Below are positions 63,740 through 64,000 of a DNA stretch of 64,000 bases, in pieces. The stretch is from Squalus acanthias (lineage: Eukaryota): positions 53,260,001-53,324,000 of the forward strand of contig CM059432.1 in the NCBI GenBank assembly GCA_030390025.1. The letters are read 5' to 3'. Made by a program: the position numbers and the translations under genes. The notes beneath the pieces were generated by a model that made no database searches, was not told the origin of the DNA, and saw nothing but the letters and a program-made list of their open reading frames with translations. Every line of letters begins with the position of its first letter. Positions within the stretch are counted from its first letter, which is position 1.

Positions 63740-64000
63740 GGGCCAGAAATTCGGCTCCATGACTTCCCGCGGGTGCAAGGATCGCGCGCGCATCTACCTA
63801 TCGGGACTGCCGTTGACCTCTGGGCCCGCGGGGAATTCGGCTCCTGGGCCTCCCCCAAGTGCCGGCGCGCAGTGCTTGCGTGTCCCAGGGGCGTAGTTAG
63901 TGCGATGCGTCCCCTGGGATCACGTGGGCCATGGAGAGCCAATGGCAGCAGGCCATCTTTCATTCATAGATTTGACAGGACCTGTCAAATCTATGAATAC
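63740..64000. mobile_element. Start of a Harbinger-type element (truncated by window end)
   Basis: att|gggccagaaattc TIR-like start, CpG-rich body. Confidence 0.55.

Overview
This is repeat-dense eukaryotic DNA, most likely an intronic or intergenic region of a cartilaginous fish (shark) genome. The taxon is inferred from HER1/CR1-type LINEs with (CTATGATT)n-like tails, an HE1-type V-SINE and SacSINE1-like Deu-SINEs. I recognise no host protein-coding exon, and nearly all long ORFs are transposon-derived. The window holds many CR1 and poly(A)-tailed CR1/L2-group LINE pieces and two RTE LINEs, one with a 35-bp TSD and one with a twin-priming-type 5' inversion. It also holds two families of Penelope-like elements (GIY-YIG/RT) whose termini carry minimal hammerhead-ribozyme motifs, hAT- and Harbinger-type MITEs, and two putative solo LTRs. 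One full-length PIF/Harbinger transposon has a near-intact DDE transposase and a decayed 3-exon Myb/SANT gene, and it is followed by a cluster of Myb-only Harbinger derivatives. Several multi-level nested insertions can be reconstructed from TSDs. Family names rest on motif recognition, not database searches. I found no clear evidence of a wholly new system; the best leads are the dimer-type hammerheads, the long LTR with a coding remnant and the Myb-only Harbinger cluster.
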